Position numbers and translations under genes: made by a program
Notes under the pieces: model-generated
What the model was told of the DNA's origin: nothing
The model's input: the letters and a program-made list of their open reading frames with translations, nothing else
Database searches by the model: none
Shown: positions 34,852-48,282 of the stretch, piece by piece
How the letters are laid out: each line of letters starts with the position of its first letter
How positions within the stretch are numbered: the stretch's first letter is position 1
Source: Blepharisma stoltei ATCC 30299
Taxonomy: Eukaryota > Protista > Ciliophora
Direction: 5' to 3'
Assembly (NCBI GenBank): GCA_965603825.1
Contig: CBFDEM010000018.1
Span: 496,001 to 560,000, forward strand
DNA: 64,000 nt

Positions 34852-36733
34852 TTATTTTCCTAATACTGAAACATTGCTGATTATTAATCTACCCCTCAAA
34901 AGTTTTATAAGCAGAAACTATAGAAAGAAATTGTCCTAGATGAATATCATTGGAAATAGAAAACAAAACCTGCTCTTCTGGGGAAATTTCAAGTTTGAAG
35001 CCCATCTGTTCATTCTGGTATTCAATTTCTTCATCCTCCACTAATTTTGGCTGTTTTAGTTTCTGGCACAAAGCATCCTATTTAGCTCCTACCAAATTAT
35101 TATAATCAATCACGTCTTGCAGCCGGTTGCGCATACTTAAGTGGTTTATATACAATTTTATATTCCTTGATGCCACATGGCTCTGGTCATTATTAAAAAG
35201 CATTTTCCCAAAAGGGCTATAAACGTAACGATCAATGCCTTCTTCTGGAGTGCTGGAAATAGGTCTAAACTGTTTATATTCCGAGTAATATATATTTTTC
35301 ATTGAGTTAATTCTGATTTCTAGCCCCATTTTTTGCACCTGGATCCAAGTACAAGGCAAAAAGGATCTCTGGACAAGCTTTAGATCCTCTTCTAAAATAT
35401 AAACTTGTGCTGTATATGGATAGCTTGAAATTTCTTGGTAAAATTGTTCAGTCAATTTTAAAACCTTTTCATCCAGAAACTTATATTCTCCATCTCCTGA
35501 AAACCCTGAATGATCAATGAAATGAATATTTAATTCATTTACTGATAAATCTAAAACTGCCTGAATTCCTTTCATCATAACACTTATAGAATCTTCTTTT
35601 GAAGCTTTATTAACTTCTCCTTTAAAACATGGGCATTCCTTTACTAACAAGTTCCTTTGATTTTGCAATAAGGTGAATATGGAATCTAATATATGCTCTT
35701 TTAGCCTATAGAATACATTTCTTCTCCATATAATTAGCATTAGCCTCATGACTGTAAAAGGAGGCATCTTCGGGGCATTCAGCCAATTTGCATCGTATAC
35801 TTGATTGATGGCGACACTAAATGCGAAAAATATTCTGTCTATCCAGTATATGCTTGCACAAAATGCATCCCACTACGTTAAACTTACCCTTATACAGTAC
35901 TCAGTTAACAGCTCTGAGGCTTCTTCTATTAAATTTAAACAATTCCAACTCGCCACACAGTGAATTTTTATTGTTTTTTTTAGCGTACAAAACAATCTAA
36001 TAAGTAACGGATTTGCATTGATCATTTTGTTTTGGAAATAAGTATTCAGCAGACTGCTGCCGAAATCTCCTGATGAATAGCATGTTGATTGATTTCCAGA
36101 ACTTCCCATTGACAGGCTTTTATTTATGTTGCATTTATTTCCTTTCAGACCTCATTTAATTATGACTATTTGATCAATGCTGACAGTGTCGCAAATCTAT
36201 GTAAAGCGTACTTCTTCAAGCAAACTTTGGCTCATGGCCCCTTCTATTATCATTTCAGATTCAGTCGGAAGTGAGAAACCATTTTGTATGGGCTCTTCAA
36301 ATGCGTGAGCTAATAAGTCTTGAATTATTGTAGGAAAGGTTTTAGGTTCTCGGCGGAGTGGGGGAGGAGGTAATAATGGTTCGTAGAGGGCTAGAAAAAC
36401 TTCAGATCGCAATAACTCTAAATCATCAGATGTAAAGTTGTCACCTTTAAGCAGTAGCCAGGAATGACGAATTTGGGTAAGCTTTTTAAGTAAGTGTCGC
36501 CAGTTTGGCTCACGAGAAGATTTATAAAGTCAGTCGTCTCCTTTAAAGACAGAGCTATATATTAATTACCCAAAAATATCATAATTCCCAAAAAAGACCC
36601 TCAAGCACTCGCGTTTCCATAAGTCTTCTTTTTTTGATACAAAGTTGAATATTTTATTTACTTGGCCAAATGAAAGCAAATCTTTGTATGTCAAGTGATG
36701 AGCAATAATAAAGAGAATATTTGCTGTGTTCAT
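34852..36733 (-). CDS. F-box protein with a cullin N-terminal-repeat-like domain; 15-nt introns at 36555-36569, 36197-36211, 35873-35887, 35078-35092; 3' end uncertain (34889, or 34852 with a further 16-nt intron)
   Basis: N-terminal NILFIIAHHLTYKDLLSFGQVNKIFNFVSKKEDLWKREC; central LLTEYCIRWDAF...IDRIF...LMLIIWRRNVFYRLKEHILDSIFTLLQNQR; four introns join the track ORFs in frame. Confidence 0.78.
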
Positions 36734-37431
36734 ATTTTAGGTATATATTAAAACTAATAGTAATTTGAAAAGAATCAAGAGGTCACCTATATATTATAGA
36801 AATTAGATTAATAAGAAATTCAAATCTGCTTTAAAGACCATTTAATGTTTGTCTCTCAGAAAATTAATGCACTTTGCAACGTTAAAGGACTTGGCAGGTT
36901 TCCAGAAAATATAATTAAAAAATATTTCTATATAAATGAGGGTAATAAATATTTATAAGTTTATTTTTGAGTTATTTAAGTTTTTAAGGGTTATTTAATC
37001 TGGATTTATTTGAGTCTCCACACAAGAGAGGAAATTTTTAGGCTAAAAGATGAAAAAAAGAATAGGTAAATTAAAACGAAGAAGTCAAAAATTGTATTGA
37101 TTTGGATTAGACTCGGAACGCAAGCACGTTCATAACTTTATAGTTGCGAATTCTTTCAAAAATAGCTGAGCCTTGGTTGATTTTAGCTGCAGATATCACA
37201 GAGGTGTTTTAAAAGCTGGCACTAAAAATGAAAAATTTTCATTTACCTAAATATTGAGAAATATATGCACCTAGCTTATGAATAATTTGTTTTTAAAATT
37301 TTCTATGCCGTCAAACTACCATTAATTCAAAATTTTATGATTTCCATTTTAAATAATAACTTTTTTAAACAATAAACAATTTTTTGATGGTTTCTTGGCC
37401 TTGAAGGCTATTACAATTCTCCAATATAAAA

Positions 37432-38358
37432 ATGAACCCTTCTCCGAAAGCTTTTAAATTCAATATGGACAACGTAAGTTCATATTCCTTTTCAAATATT
37501 AGAAATAAAAGACCACTCACAAAGACTCCTCGCTCTAGGAAGAAGGTTAATAACCCAAGATCATCATTTGAATCCTCACAGCGAAAAAGCGGCATAAATG
37601 TCGATTTTATATCAAAATTTAAGCAACTCTTGCGCACTGTAAGATGCGATGAAGATCATAAATCCACAAAGACATTAATCAAGTCTGCAAAAGCAATAAA
37701 ACCTGCTCAATTGTACGAAAAATCTCCAAAAATAACCTCTCCAACACTGTCTCCTGTCATCTGCTACTCAGAGAACTTCAATCAACTTTACAAAAAGAAG
37801 TTTAATTTCAGTAAAAACGGTTGAGAATATTGGAGAAACAGCAGCATTAGAAAATCTCCTAAAATTAATCAAAAAATTATCTTAGAAAAGTCTATAGAAA
37901 AAAATTATTTTGATTCCTCTGTCAAAAATTTACAAAAAATCCTTGACACAAGGAAAAGAAGATATAAGTTTTTCACAGACAGTGAAGAATCTATTGAAAG
38001 ATCACGGAAGAAAATTCTTGATCTGAGAGTTGACCCCGGGGTAAGTTCTGAATCTTCGCTTGATTTTGCCAAAAAATCGCACTTATCTAATATCAATAGT
38101 GAAAATTTTAAAGAAATTTCATTTAAAAAAGCTTCATCTCAAGGAAAGATTTGCAAAAATCAAAAAATCAATGATAAAATGAGCAGGAGCAGCTTATCAC
38201 CTACGTGCATTGGTGCCGAAAGTGAATCATTTAATAGAGCACCTCTTGCAAGATCGCAAACATATAATCCATCTACTAGAATTAAATTAAAGAGGAGAAG
38301 CCCTGAAAAGCAAGAGAAATCTTTAGAAGAATTTGGTGCATGGGAAATTTCTTATTAA
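37432..38358 (+). CDS. Hypothetical low-complexity S/K-rich protein; UGA-Trp at 37822
   Basis: Open through to ...EEFGAWEISY* when TGA=W. Confidence 0.7.
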
Positions 38359-38940
38359 TATTATATTAAACGGAAAGTCAAGTATTTTGCTATAATTCCA
38401 TTCTTTCTTTATTATAAGAGTTTTATGCTATTTAGGATATATGGATTATAAAGTTCTATATCATCAGAGCTATTATTTTTATTTATAGTTCACCATCACC
38501 AATATGAAATATTTAAATTGCTATAAAAATAAAAATTAGGTGTTTTACAATTTTTTATATAAATTTAAATAGCAGTTAAAAATAAATTGAGCCTTTTAAA
38601 TGATCAGAAAGAAACGGAGTTTTTAATATTTTTTTAAAGGAGAAACATGAGGAAAGGTTCCAGAGCTGACCTCTAAGGCAACCAAAAATAAGCCTTTAAA
38701 TTTTAGTTTAACGCTTAATCATACAATTCTGAGATAGGGATTATGAGATTTACTCAGCAAACAAAATAATCTTTCTCTCTAAACAAGGTGGAATCAGCAA
38801 AAAATATAATAATTTAATGAAGAAATTAAATAGATTCTTCAGAACCAGTTAGAAAATTAGACGCTTAGCATAATATAAAATTTCTTCAAGCATCTTTTAG
38901 GTTACAACCTTATATTAAAAAATATAGCCTATACACATTA

Positions 38941-41900
38941 TTAACTGGTTTTTAAAAACTCATGAGATACTTCATCTTTCTTCTGAAAGAACCCCGAAGG
39001 GACTAGAGAAGTAATCGATTGCAGTCTACTAATTTTCCTTTTTTCAAAAGCCACAAAAGGAGTATAAAAGAAAATATAAAGCAAGACACAAAATACGCAA
39101 TATCCTGCAGTAATGTAAATAATATCATTTAGCCTTTCTTCAATCACTGTTTTGGATGCTATATCAGCCATATCAGTGATATTTTTGATTGCGTTTTGCA
39201 ATATGCTTGCCCGAGTATATCACAAAGCTAAGTCGCTTGGAATTGCCGCATTGGAAAACGCTTGGTAATATGAATCAAGAATAATTACATTAGAAGCTGG
39301 AAAAGACCCGTATTTCCACATAATATTTTTTGGATTTGTCTGATTTTCGAAAATAAACTGTATTAAGTAGCTTGAGTACATATTTCGGTTATCGAGGTCC
39401 TCGACATCTTTACTGGTGATCATGAATTTTTTAATAGCATTGAATAGCTCATTAGGAGGCTTCTGAAAATTGTAATGGCTATTGAGCAGCTGCTCAAGTG
39501 TGTTGTTGCCTCTTAATGATGTCTCTCTTGTTCAAAAAGCTACTTCAGATATCGAGGCGCTGCGGACATACCAAAATTCCATGAAATCGAATCTTTGGTC
39601 TAAAAGGGAAGTGCAAGACGGATAAAGCCAAAAGGTGACTATTATGTAATATCCAGAAGAAAACAAAATAAATACAAAACAAAGGAGCATTAAATGATAT
39701 CCTTCTCTGCTCTTGATTTCAACATCTTGAAATTTTGGTCTTTTCAGGTCTTCATTGTCTTGGCTAAAGTCATGAACTGTTGAAAGTCTGTTCAAGCAGT
39801 TTTGGTGCAGTTCATAATACGAGCTATGAGCTAGTTTCTTAACATGATTGAGTAAGCCATTAAAGTTATCCTGAAGCCGCTTAGCAATTGGAATTAAAAC
39901 CAATGTACAAATTCCTAAAACACATAATCCCATAATTGTTAAATAATTGATATTCATAGTTTCGCTAGCAAGACGGTCCTTTTCGCAACTTATGAACCCA
40001 GAGAAAGAACCATTGACATAATTGTAAAATTGACCCAGGTGGTTCACAATCAAATAAAATTCAGAGTCCTTATGGTCTAAGTCATTTTCGATTAGCCCTG
40101 AATATGGGTAGGCCTGCATAAAAATTACATAAGAAAGCATATTTGAAACAGCATCATAAAGATTGAGATAAGTCATATTCTCAATTGAATTTGGGTTTCA
40201 TATTGGAATTATGCTTTTCTTAATGATTTCAGAGCTGGAGCAATAATCTCATTTCGGTAAATCTTCAAAAAGAAAATTTCTATTATTATCAACCTCTACA
40301 ACTGCGCCATTAAATAAGTTTTTATAATAAGTGTAATTGAAATTCTTCCTATTCTTGCCTACTTCTAGAGCTCTTGATAAATAGCCAATTTTACTGGAAT
40401 CAAAAAGGATAACGCCAAGATGCTTAATCGCGTTCAAATCATTTGAATGATTAATTTGGCTTAATATAAAGCAGAGAATAATAATGTTCATCGCCATTGC
40501 TACTAAAATCTGAATAGTTTTTACTGTAATGAGTAATGTAAACTTAAATATTTTAAGATTATTTTCTGACCTTAGCGCCATACGGTTGCTTAAAGAGCCT
40601 AAATAAGCATTACTTGAAATACTATAAGAAGCGCTGCTGGCTGAAAGTTGCGATTTTGTTATTTCCTTTGGAATTTCAGTCTCTTCCACTGATATATCAA
40701 GGGTGTTAATAATAGCTTTCTTTTCATTTGAAAATGAATGACTTAGAGGTACTTTTTTATTAGGCACTTTTAATGTAGCTGAATTTAATTCTTTTTTGGC
40801 TTCTGAGTAAAGATAATCTTGACTTTTATGAGCCCACTCATCTATTTCATGCTTTTCGTGAATAAGAAATATAAAATGAACGATTGTTTTGTTTATTGAA
40901 TACTCTGAGTGAACTAGGAGGATTTCTTTATTATTGATTGAGAAGCGCTTTGGAACATTTAGTTCTATTAAGGAGATATCGAAATTTGGAATTAAATCAG
41001 AAAGCAACTTTCCTTTTAATGTGTCTGAGGTGTTATCAATAAAGTGAGGAAACATCTCACTGTGGCTGAAAATCATTCCACTCGCTGAAATTAAGGCAAT
41101 TTGGCGAGATTTATGAATCTGCTTTATGGAAACCATATAGTAGAGCTGACGTCTTGCTGATGAAAGCCAGATTTTTAACCGACATTCTACTAAGTATCCT
41201 CTTGCAGTTTGAAGACAAATCGCCATACTGGAGCCTACCTCTGGATTAACGCAGTTCTCTATAAAATTTTCCATGTGCTTATCATGGTTTTGATCAAATG
41301 GGGAAGGAATGTAGCTACTTAGTTTTGAGCCAATTATACCAAGAGCTGTTTGTTTAAGTATTTGCGCTGCTTTTTCGTTAACATATGTAATTGCTCCAAA
41401 TGATGCTTTCTCTGCTGAAACCAGCATAATTCCATTGATTTCATTGAAAAGCACGAATTTATCTTGAGAATGCTGGCTATCAACTACTCTCAAGCTTTCC
41501 CTTTTTCTAAGCAGCTTTGCGCCATTCTCATAATCTCCAAGCAAGTCTTGCAATAAAGATCCATACAATTCATTTAAATTGGCACTATGAGGAAATCGTG
41601 CAATTAAGCTTGCATACTCTTTTTTCACTTTATCCAGGGTTCGAGTCAATTTAGCTGAAAAAGAAAAAACTGCGCTTAGTTTGGGCCCCTTTGTCGTAAT
41701 TTCTCTCCAAAATCTCATCATATAATGGCAAAGCAGCTCGTCGTCTTTTTTTACTTCTTCGATTTCTAAAAGATAATAAATCATATTAACATCTTCATTG
41801 TTTTCTACTTTTGCATCTTGAAAGCTTTTCAAGCATAGTCACTCTTGAAAATTCCCTTCCATAGAAAATCCCATTTCTTTCGCCTTGGCTAGCTTGATCC

Positions 41901-43140
41901 TCGCCAGCCTTTCATCCTGTAATATAAACAGACAATAATTTGTTTCCCAAATAACTATAAGCTTATCATGTATAAATCGATAAAAAGATTTTACTTCTTT
42001 AAAGTCATGCATAATAATCTCTTTTTGCTCAGATAGCAGATTTCTAAATTTCAACTCAAATTCGTATTGATTTTGCGGTATTGAATTGTTTTTTCCTAAT
42101 TTTGAAAAAACATTTTTAAATCTATCGAGTAAAAGTGCGACCGTAATTGGTATACAAATTAAAAATAATAAAAAAATGGCTCCTGCATTGCTTATTGCTA
42201 TTCCAAATAGGAAGATTGCTGTTGCCGTACCTATCATTGCATTTTTTGTTATATAAATTTCGTTTGCAATTGAATTATAATACGGAATCAGGTAGAAAAA
42301 TTTTCATACTAGTCTTATTGGGAATAATAGTAACACATATTTATAATAAAAAGTACTGTAAGTATTTAAATAGGTAAAGCTAAATGTGCTCACCAATGAA
42401 AAAATAACCATCTCAATATCCAAAAGTGAGTGGGCTTTTGCTTTTATATTTTCTTGTTTAGAAGTATGTCTTAATTCAGCAGAAAAGATCTGATAAGTGA
42501 CAGAAAATAAAATTACTATACACAAACAAACAATGCTTGCAAGAATTTCTTCTGGACTTCGGTTTAAATTGCAGGAATTGCAATATCTGTACTCATATAC
42601 CTGGTTTCCATTGTTTAGAGAATACTTTATTGTTAAAGTAAAAATTGTAATTATTGGAATAAGCCCAATGATGGAAACAAATTTTATACAGTTTCTCGCC
42701 ATAAATTTTAAAACTGAGCTAACTCTCTTGTTCATTAGCTTCAAAGAGTAAATAATTGAGACTAAAACAGCTGTGATAAATATTAATAATAGGCTCCCAA
42801 AATAGCACCCTAAAAGAAAATCTGAATCTGCGCAAATGTTATCAAAGCTTGCATATCCAAGGAATTTTCAATAGTTTTTGTATGAATCGAAATCATCTAT
42901 TTCTGGATGAATTTTTCAGTTTAAACTGATGAGCTGGAGAGCTATTATAAAGCTCGATAAAACTTCCAGTAGCTTTTGAGATGTTATCTTAAGCGTTGGG
43001 AGAGAATCCCGAGAATTCAAAATCAGAGAGAAGCACTCATATATTGAGCTTTGAATCGCATATCATCGTGCCTTGCCAGTTTCTGAGTATTCAGTTTTTC
43101 GTTCTGATTTTAAGTTTAAGGTTTCAACTACTTCTGACAT
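38941..43140 (-). CDS. Large multi-TM PAS-domain protein (ciliate-expanded TmcB/TmcC-like sensor), ~1400 aa, many UGA-Trp
   Basis: Six track ORFs join in one frame via TGA; ITYVNEKAAQIL...IIGSKLSSYIPSPFDQNH PAS motif; LYGSLLQDL TPR-like segment; N- and C-terminal TM blocks; possible intron 40510-40524. Confidence 0.85.
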
Positions 43141-43814
43141 AGAATAAATTTATTAATTAATTTTTAGTATGCTTAGAAAAGATTATAATACGAGAAAGAA
43201 GAATGCATCCACAAACTATAAGGCAAGTTCCATTATTAATTTAATAGCTATTTTAAAAGGTTTTATTATAAATAATTAAGAGCGAATTTTTTTTTAAAAT
43301 TTTAAACTTAATTCCTAATAACGAAATTATTGAATAATTTTGAGTGACTTTGGGTTTCCCAAATAGGAAAAATATTAACTCCAAGTTTTGAATTATATTT
43401 TATCTAATATCTAGTGCTGGGTTTAAGGAGATTGCTTTGGGCTCTTCCCTTGCCAGTTTTATCACTGCATATATTAGTTTATACTCTTCAACGCCTTTGC
43501 ATACAGCTAGCTTATTCTGCTTTATTACAGCATAGGATGACAAAAATCTGCAAGGCTTTTCATAATTTTAATAAGTCTGCTCGGAATTGCAATATAATTA
43601 AATATTTTACTTTCTTTCTGATTAAAGAGATAAATTTTCTGTTTCTAATAGAAAGTGAGACTGTTTACGATTTAATGGGAATTTCATAGTTTTAATTAAT
43701 TTTAATATTAGCATAAAGAATTTGATAATCATCGATCTAACTTAAATTTTACTTAGTAAAAATCATCATTTACTCTTCTTATTTTTATACCACAAAATCA
43801 TTGAATTAAACTAC

Positions 43815-44543
43815 TTATAAACTTGATGGTAATATATTCCAGCCTTCTTGCTTGACAAATTCTGATTTATCTGAAATTTGGATCGCTGATTTAAATACTT
43901 TTCTTGCTTGGCCATGACTTATGGCATCTTCTGGGTTTTTTACAATGGAATTCTGTGCTTTGTCAATAGCTAGACCCAGTACACACCCTAAGTTGATTAC
44001 ATCCCATGGGGATCTCTGATCATATAAATCTTTAGCAGAGCTGCTGAAAATAATATTCCTGCCTTTAGTAGCTTTTATAATGTTGGTAGCATTAGAAATG
44101 AAAACCCTCCTTGCATTGATGTCTCTTAAAGCCTGCGAGTAGCATAGCTCAAACATAATGCCTCTTTTGATAGCTTCTTGGACCAAATTGAGCTTGATTC
44201 TCATACCCAATCGATCGTGAAGTTTTAAGGAGATAATATCAATTTCAGCCTCCATGCAGCAATAATGGAAGTCTTGATCATTGCTAGGGCGAGCTGCAAC
44301 AATATCATACTGGGAAAGGAGCTCTGTGTTATTCAAAATCTGGGAAAAGTTCACTTTCACAGTCAAACGTTTGAGTGCTGGAATCGAGTCAGTGTTGGGA
44401 TATGGCAAAGAATGCATAGAGTAGTTCAAGGCTTGACATTCATATTCTGACTCCCCTAGAATTTCGTGGACTTTTGTTTGACGTGCTTGACCAATTTGTT
44501 TTTTGTCATTGAATCACTTGATATAGAGGTCATAATAAACCAT
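43815..44543 (-). CDS. RPP30: RNase P/MRP subunit p30
   Basis: MVYYDL..., LKRLTV, YDIVAARP, DIISL, GIMFELCYS, IIFSSSA...RSPWDVINL. Confidence 0.92.
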
Positions 44544-44629
44544 TTTTGATGAGAATGTTTATCTAATTCATATAAATCTAAATTATTTTCTAAGGCAGTA
44601 TTAAAATAAATGCATAAATAAATACCAGA

Positions 44630-45409
44630 TTAAAATAGCTTAGGTGCCACAATAAGCTGTGAGTTAACTGGCCCTAATAGTTTCAACTTATCATCAGACT
44701 GGCAGCCAACTTCTTGATAAAAACTTGTCTGAACTCCAGGCATTACCTCAAAAAGCTGGTCACCAATATTTAGTACCATTTTCCCACTCTTAAATACTTT
44801 TAATTTTCCTATTTTCCCATGCAAATTCCCATCACTACTCTTTATTGGTAAAGCTTGAGGCATTTGTACAAAAATTAATTGGTTTTCTTTCACTTTTCTA
44901 TTTTCGTCCAATATTTCTTCGCTCCGATTCATTTCTGATTCAAAGAAAGGCAGTGTCAAAGGTGTGTATTGGTCTGAGTCTGCATCAGTGATCCATGTAT
45001 TTTCTTCCAGCTCTTTCTTTTGTGCCTGTTCAATGGTTTCTTTTTTTGGCTTGGCCTCAGGCTGAGTTAGTGAGAATGCGACCTTTGCAGGGGGTCTTGA
45101 CTTTTTAGTTTTTGGAAACATTGATTGAGGGTCTCTTTCTTGTTTGCCTGCAAGATAAGTACTTGATAAAGACTGCTGCAGTTCATGCACAGCTTCGCTT
45201 GCAGCTCGTTCTGAAGATGCGAGCTCTGAGGATTTGCGTCGGAGAACTAGTTTAGGAGCTCTTGCGGGAGGAATGACAGGATTAAATCGCTTTTTTGGGG
45301 ATAAAAGTTCTGATTTTGGAGTGAGAATGGACTGCAAGCGAGTTGGAAGCTCGCCTTCCCTTTGATTTGGAGTCTTCTTCGAGCTAGCAAATCTACTTTC
45401 TTGTGCCAT
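44630..45409 (-). CDS. POLR3D: RNA polymerase III subunit RPC4
   Basis: LIFVQMP...GKIGKLKVFKSGKMVLNIG...V.PG...F.QEV. Confidence 0.88.
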   Translation of the reverse strand: MAQESRFASSKKTPNQREGELPTRLQSILTPKSELLSPKKRFNPVIPPARAPKLVLRRKSSELASSERAASEAVHELQQSLSSTYLAGKQERDPQSMFPKTKKSRPPAKVAFSLTQPEAKPKKETIEQAQKKELEENTWITDADSDQYTPLTLPFFESEMNRSEEILDENRKVKENQLIFVQMPQALPIKSSDGNLHGKIGKLKVFKSGKMVLNIGDQLFEVMPGVQTSFYQEVGCQSDDKLKLLGPVNSQLIVAPKLF

Positions 45410-45465
45410 CTTACTATTAAATTTAAGTAGGAATTTTTACATTTCAATAGATTACTGTATTGCAA

Positions 45466-46869
45466 TTAATTATTTAATAAACACACAAAATCATTGAAAT
45501 AGATTTTATTTGCTTTGGTCATTCCAATTTCTTTCAGCATTTTTTTGATTTTTTGCTCTAAAACATCGCCAGACCGATGGATTGCAGTTTTAATGTCTTC
45601 AGAAGTGATGAACCCTTTTCTTTCTACATCAAAATGATTAAATAATGCCAAGACTTCTTCCTTTTGTAAATGGTGTTTAGACGATATGGCAGCAGCTAAA
45701 AACTCTGAGTAGGTAATTTTCCCTGTTTGGTCCACGTCAATAGCTCTTATCAGCTCCTTAATTTCTTGTATCGACAATTGGAAACCCGACTTTTGCATAG
45801 TTTCTTTTAGTAATTTTGCAGAAATTTCCCCTTTATGCTCATCGTCTAAATTTAGAAATATTTGATCCAAATCTTTTATCTGGCTTAGATTTGAATGCTT
45901 CACAAGAATATTTAAAAGCTCTTTTTTGAATAAAGAGATTTTACTGTACTCTTGGAAGGATTTAAGTAAGGCATTATCTATAAAAGGCTCATGGCTGATG
46001 CTAGTGGATAACCAATCATGGTCGAGTGCTTCTTTCGCAGACAGTCTACTCGATGGATTCATGCAAATTAATTTTTTAATTAAATCTCTTCCTGCATGAG
46101 ATATAGCTTTCCAGCTGTCGCATTCCTTGTCAAAGCGGCCTATTTTGATTTTTTTGAAGGCTTCAGAAAGTCTTCTCGAGTAAAATGGCAACTGTCCACA
46201 TAAGATTTGGTACATTATGATGCCTGCACTCCACAAGTCACATTTGTAGTTGTAGGATCCTCTCAGGACTTCTGGAGCTATATAATAAGAAGTTCCGGAA
46301 ACTGAGTGGAGATGCTTTAAATTTCTGAATTTTTTTGCAAACCCAAAATCAATAAGTTTTATTTCAAAATCGCCTTTCTGGGATTCTAGTAAAAAATTTT
46401 CAGGTTTGATGTCTCGGTGTACTATTCGGTTATTGTGAAGGTAATTTATTGCCATTAGGATTTGATGAACCAAAGGCCGAGACTGGGATTCAGTAAAGTG
46501 TCCAATTTTTATGATTTTCTGACCTAATTCACCTCCAGAGCAATATTCAGTGACTATACTGATTATATTTGTGTCTTCATAAGCATCATAAAATCTTATT
46601 ATATTGGGGTGGCTAACTATTTTTAGAATCTCTACTTCTCGATTTAATTTTTTCAGCCTATCTTTACTGAGATTTGAGGATTTTTGGATTATCTTTATTG
46701 CTACCTTACTGTTTGAGCCGATTGGGTAGGCTTCTCTTACAACTCCATAGTTTCCAGACCCAATAACTTTGCCTAATATATAAACAGATTCTATTTGAGT
46801 TTCATGAATGGCACTTTCTATTACTGGTGCCAATAAACTTTGAGTTCTTCTGCTTGCATTCTGTCCCAT
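45466..46869 (-). CDS. Second calcium-dependent protein kinase (N-terminal MG, partly degenerate EF hands)
   Basis: GSGNYG, HRDIKPEN, DFG, YYIAPE; calmodulin-like C-terminus. Confidence 0.92.
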   Translation of the reverse strand: MGQNASRRTQSLLAPVIESAIHETQIESVYILGKVIGSGNYGVVREAYPIGSNSKVAIKIIQKSSNLSKDRLKKLNREVEILKIVSHPNIIRFYDAYEDTNIISIVTEYCSGGELGQKIIKIGHFTESQSRPLVHQILMAINYLHNNRIVHRDIKPENFLLESQKGDFEIKLIDFGFAKKFRNLKHLHSVSGTSYYIAPEVLRGSYNYKCDLWSAGIIMYQILCGQLPFYSRRLSEAFKKIKIGRFDKECDSWKAISHAGRDLIKKLICMNPSSRLSAKEALDHDWLSTSISHEPFIDNALLKSFQEYSKISLFKKELLNILVKHSNLSQIKDLDQIFLNLDDEHKGEISAKLLKETMQKSGFQLSIQEIKELIRAIDVDQTGKITYSEFLAAAISSKHHLQKEEVLALFNHFDVERKGFITSEDIKTAIHRSGDVLEQKIKKMLKEIGMTKANKIYFNDFVCLLNN

Positions 46870-48282
46870 AAATTAATTTTATATTTTTATCAGCTGGTTG
46901 CTATTTAAATTCTGGGAATTGGAATACGATTTTTATGGTAAGCAATTAAAATGAAAACAGAATTTTTTTAAAAATGAGCTTGATTTTAATTGAGATGTTT
47001 CTATTTATAAAATATTCATTCTGATCTTATAGGATGTCTTAATTGATAAATTCGTAGTAATCCCATACTTTTTTTACTTTGATTTTTGGTTTATTTCATA
47101 TTTAGCAAAAAATTACGCGAAGCTATTTTACTATTTAATGCCTTATAGCTTGAGTAATAATTTACTACTTTATTTAAACAATTTTATCTCTAAACTAAGA
47201 ACTCTTTAACTAATTTAACACTAGAAGCGACTTCTAAATTATTGTCTAAATACATCAGAAACTTAAGGATTTTCGATGAAAATACAAAATTTAATTTTTG
47301 AATTGGATTGCATCTGATATTGGAAGCAAAGAGAGCTCTCAATTTTAGACATAGTTCTAAAATTTCATTGCTGTCATCTTAAAAACTTTCCAAACCAATA
47401 TTGTATTATTTCCAAATCTACAGCCAATTAAATCCATTTGCTTTATGCTACAATTTGCCTAGCAAATCTTATTTTTATTTCGTAATATGAATAATAGCTC
47501 AGAAAGCTCATTTATTATTGACTCAAATAGACATCTTAACTGTTAGACTTTATAATTTTATTATCCTTTTTCAAATACTATTTTTCGTTGCAAGCCACAT
47601 TTTCTTCGTATGAGATTCGCTTGGAAAGCAATAAATTCTTATTAAAATAAATTTCGACCAAAAACCCCCGAGGAAATGTCATAGAAGGACAGAGTAAACT
47701 TGCTGAAAAATATGATATGAAAGCAAACTATTGAAAAAATTAGGTCTGAATTTATTTATGATTGCTGTCCTTTTTTAAAGGATTCAATTCTAATAAGTGC
47801 AATACCTCTAAAAAATTTTATTTTATACTATCGCCAAAAATTCCTATGAAAATAGAATTTTTGAATATATTCTTCAATTAAACTTGGCTTGCTACCAAGA
47901 AATTGCTATTTTTAGAATAAAATTTTATTCAATTTTAAAAATATATATCTCAAGCTGAACTATTATTGGTACCAATAGCATTGAAAATAATGGTTTACTT
48001 CAGCCAAGTACTGTAGACTATGAAGGTTGCTTTTATTTTGTCCATTAAGGCAAAAACACTGTAAATTTTGATCTGGCTTCAAAGTAAAAATTTCCCAGGC
48101 CATAACTGCTAAATTAAATAATTAATATAAGCAGCTCCTTATGTTAATATTCATATATTTTATAATAATTTTATTCAAGATATTTACTATAATAGGGCAC
48201 AATTAATTAAACATTATATGAAAAAGGGTTATCAACTGTGTTTTACCTCCAAGAGCAAATTATATTACGCTTAAAATTAAAA

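Noticed and set aside
43414-43689. 91-aa ORF between the PAS gene and RPP30
   Set aside because: GTG start, AT-rich intergenic composition, no motifs
46870-48280. Possible ncRNA/tRNA in long spacers (also 3483-3870, 36740-37430, 38360-38940)
   Set aside because: No cloverleaf, A/B box or convincing C/D box pair visible; would need a covariance-model search
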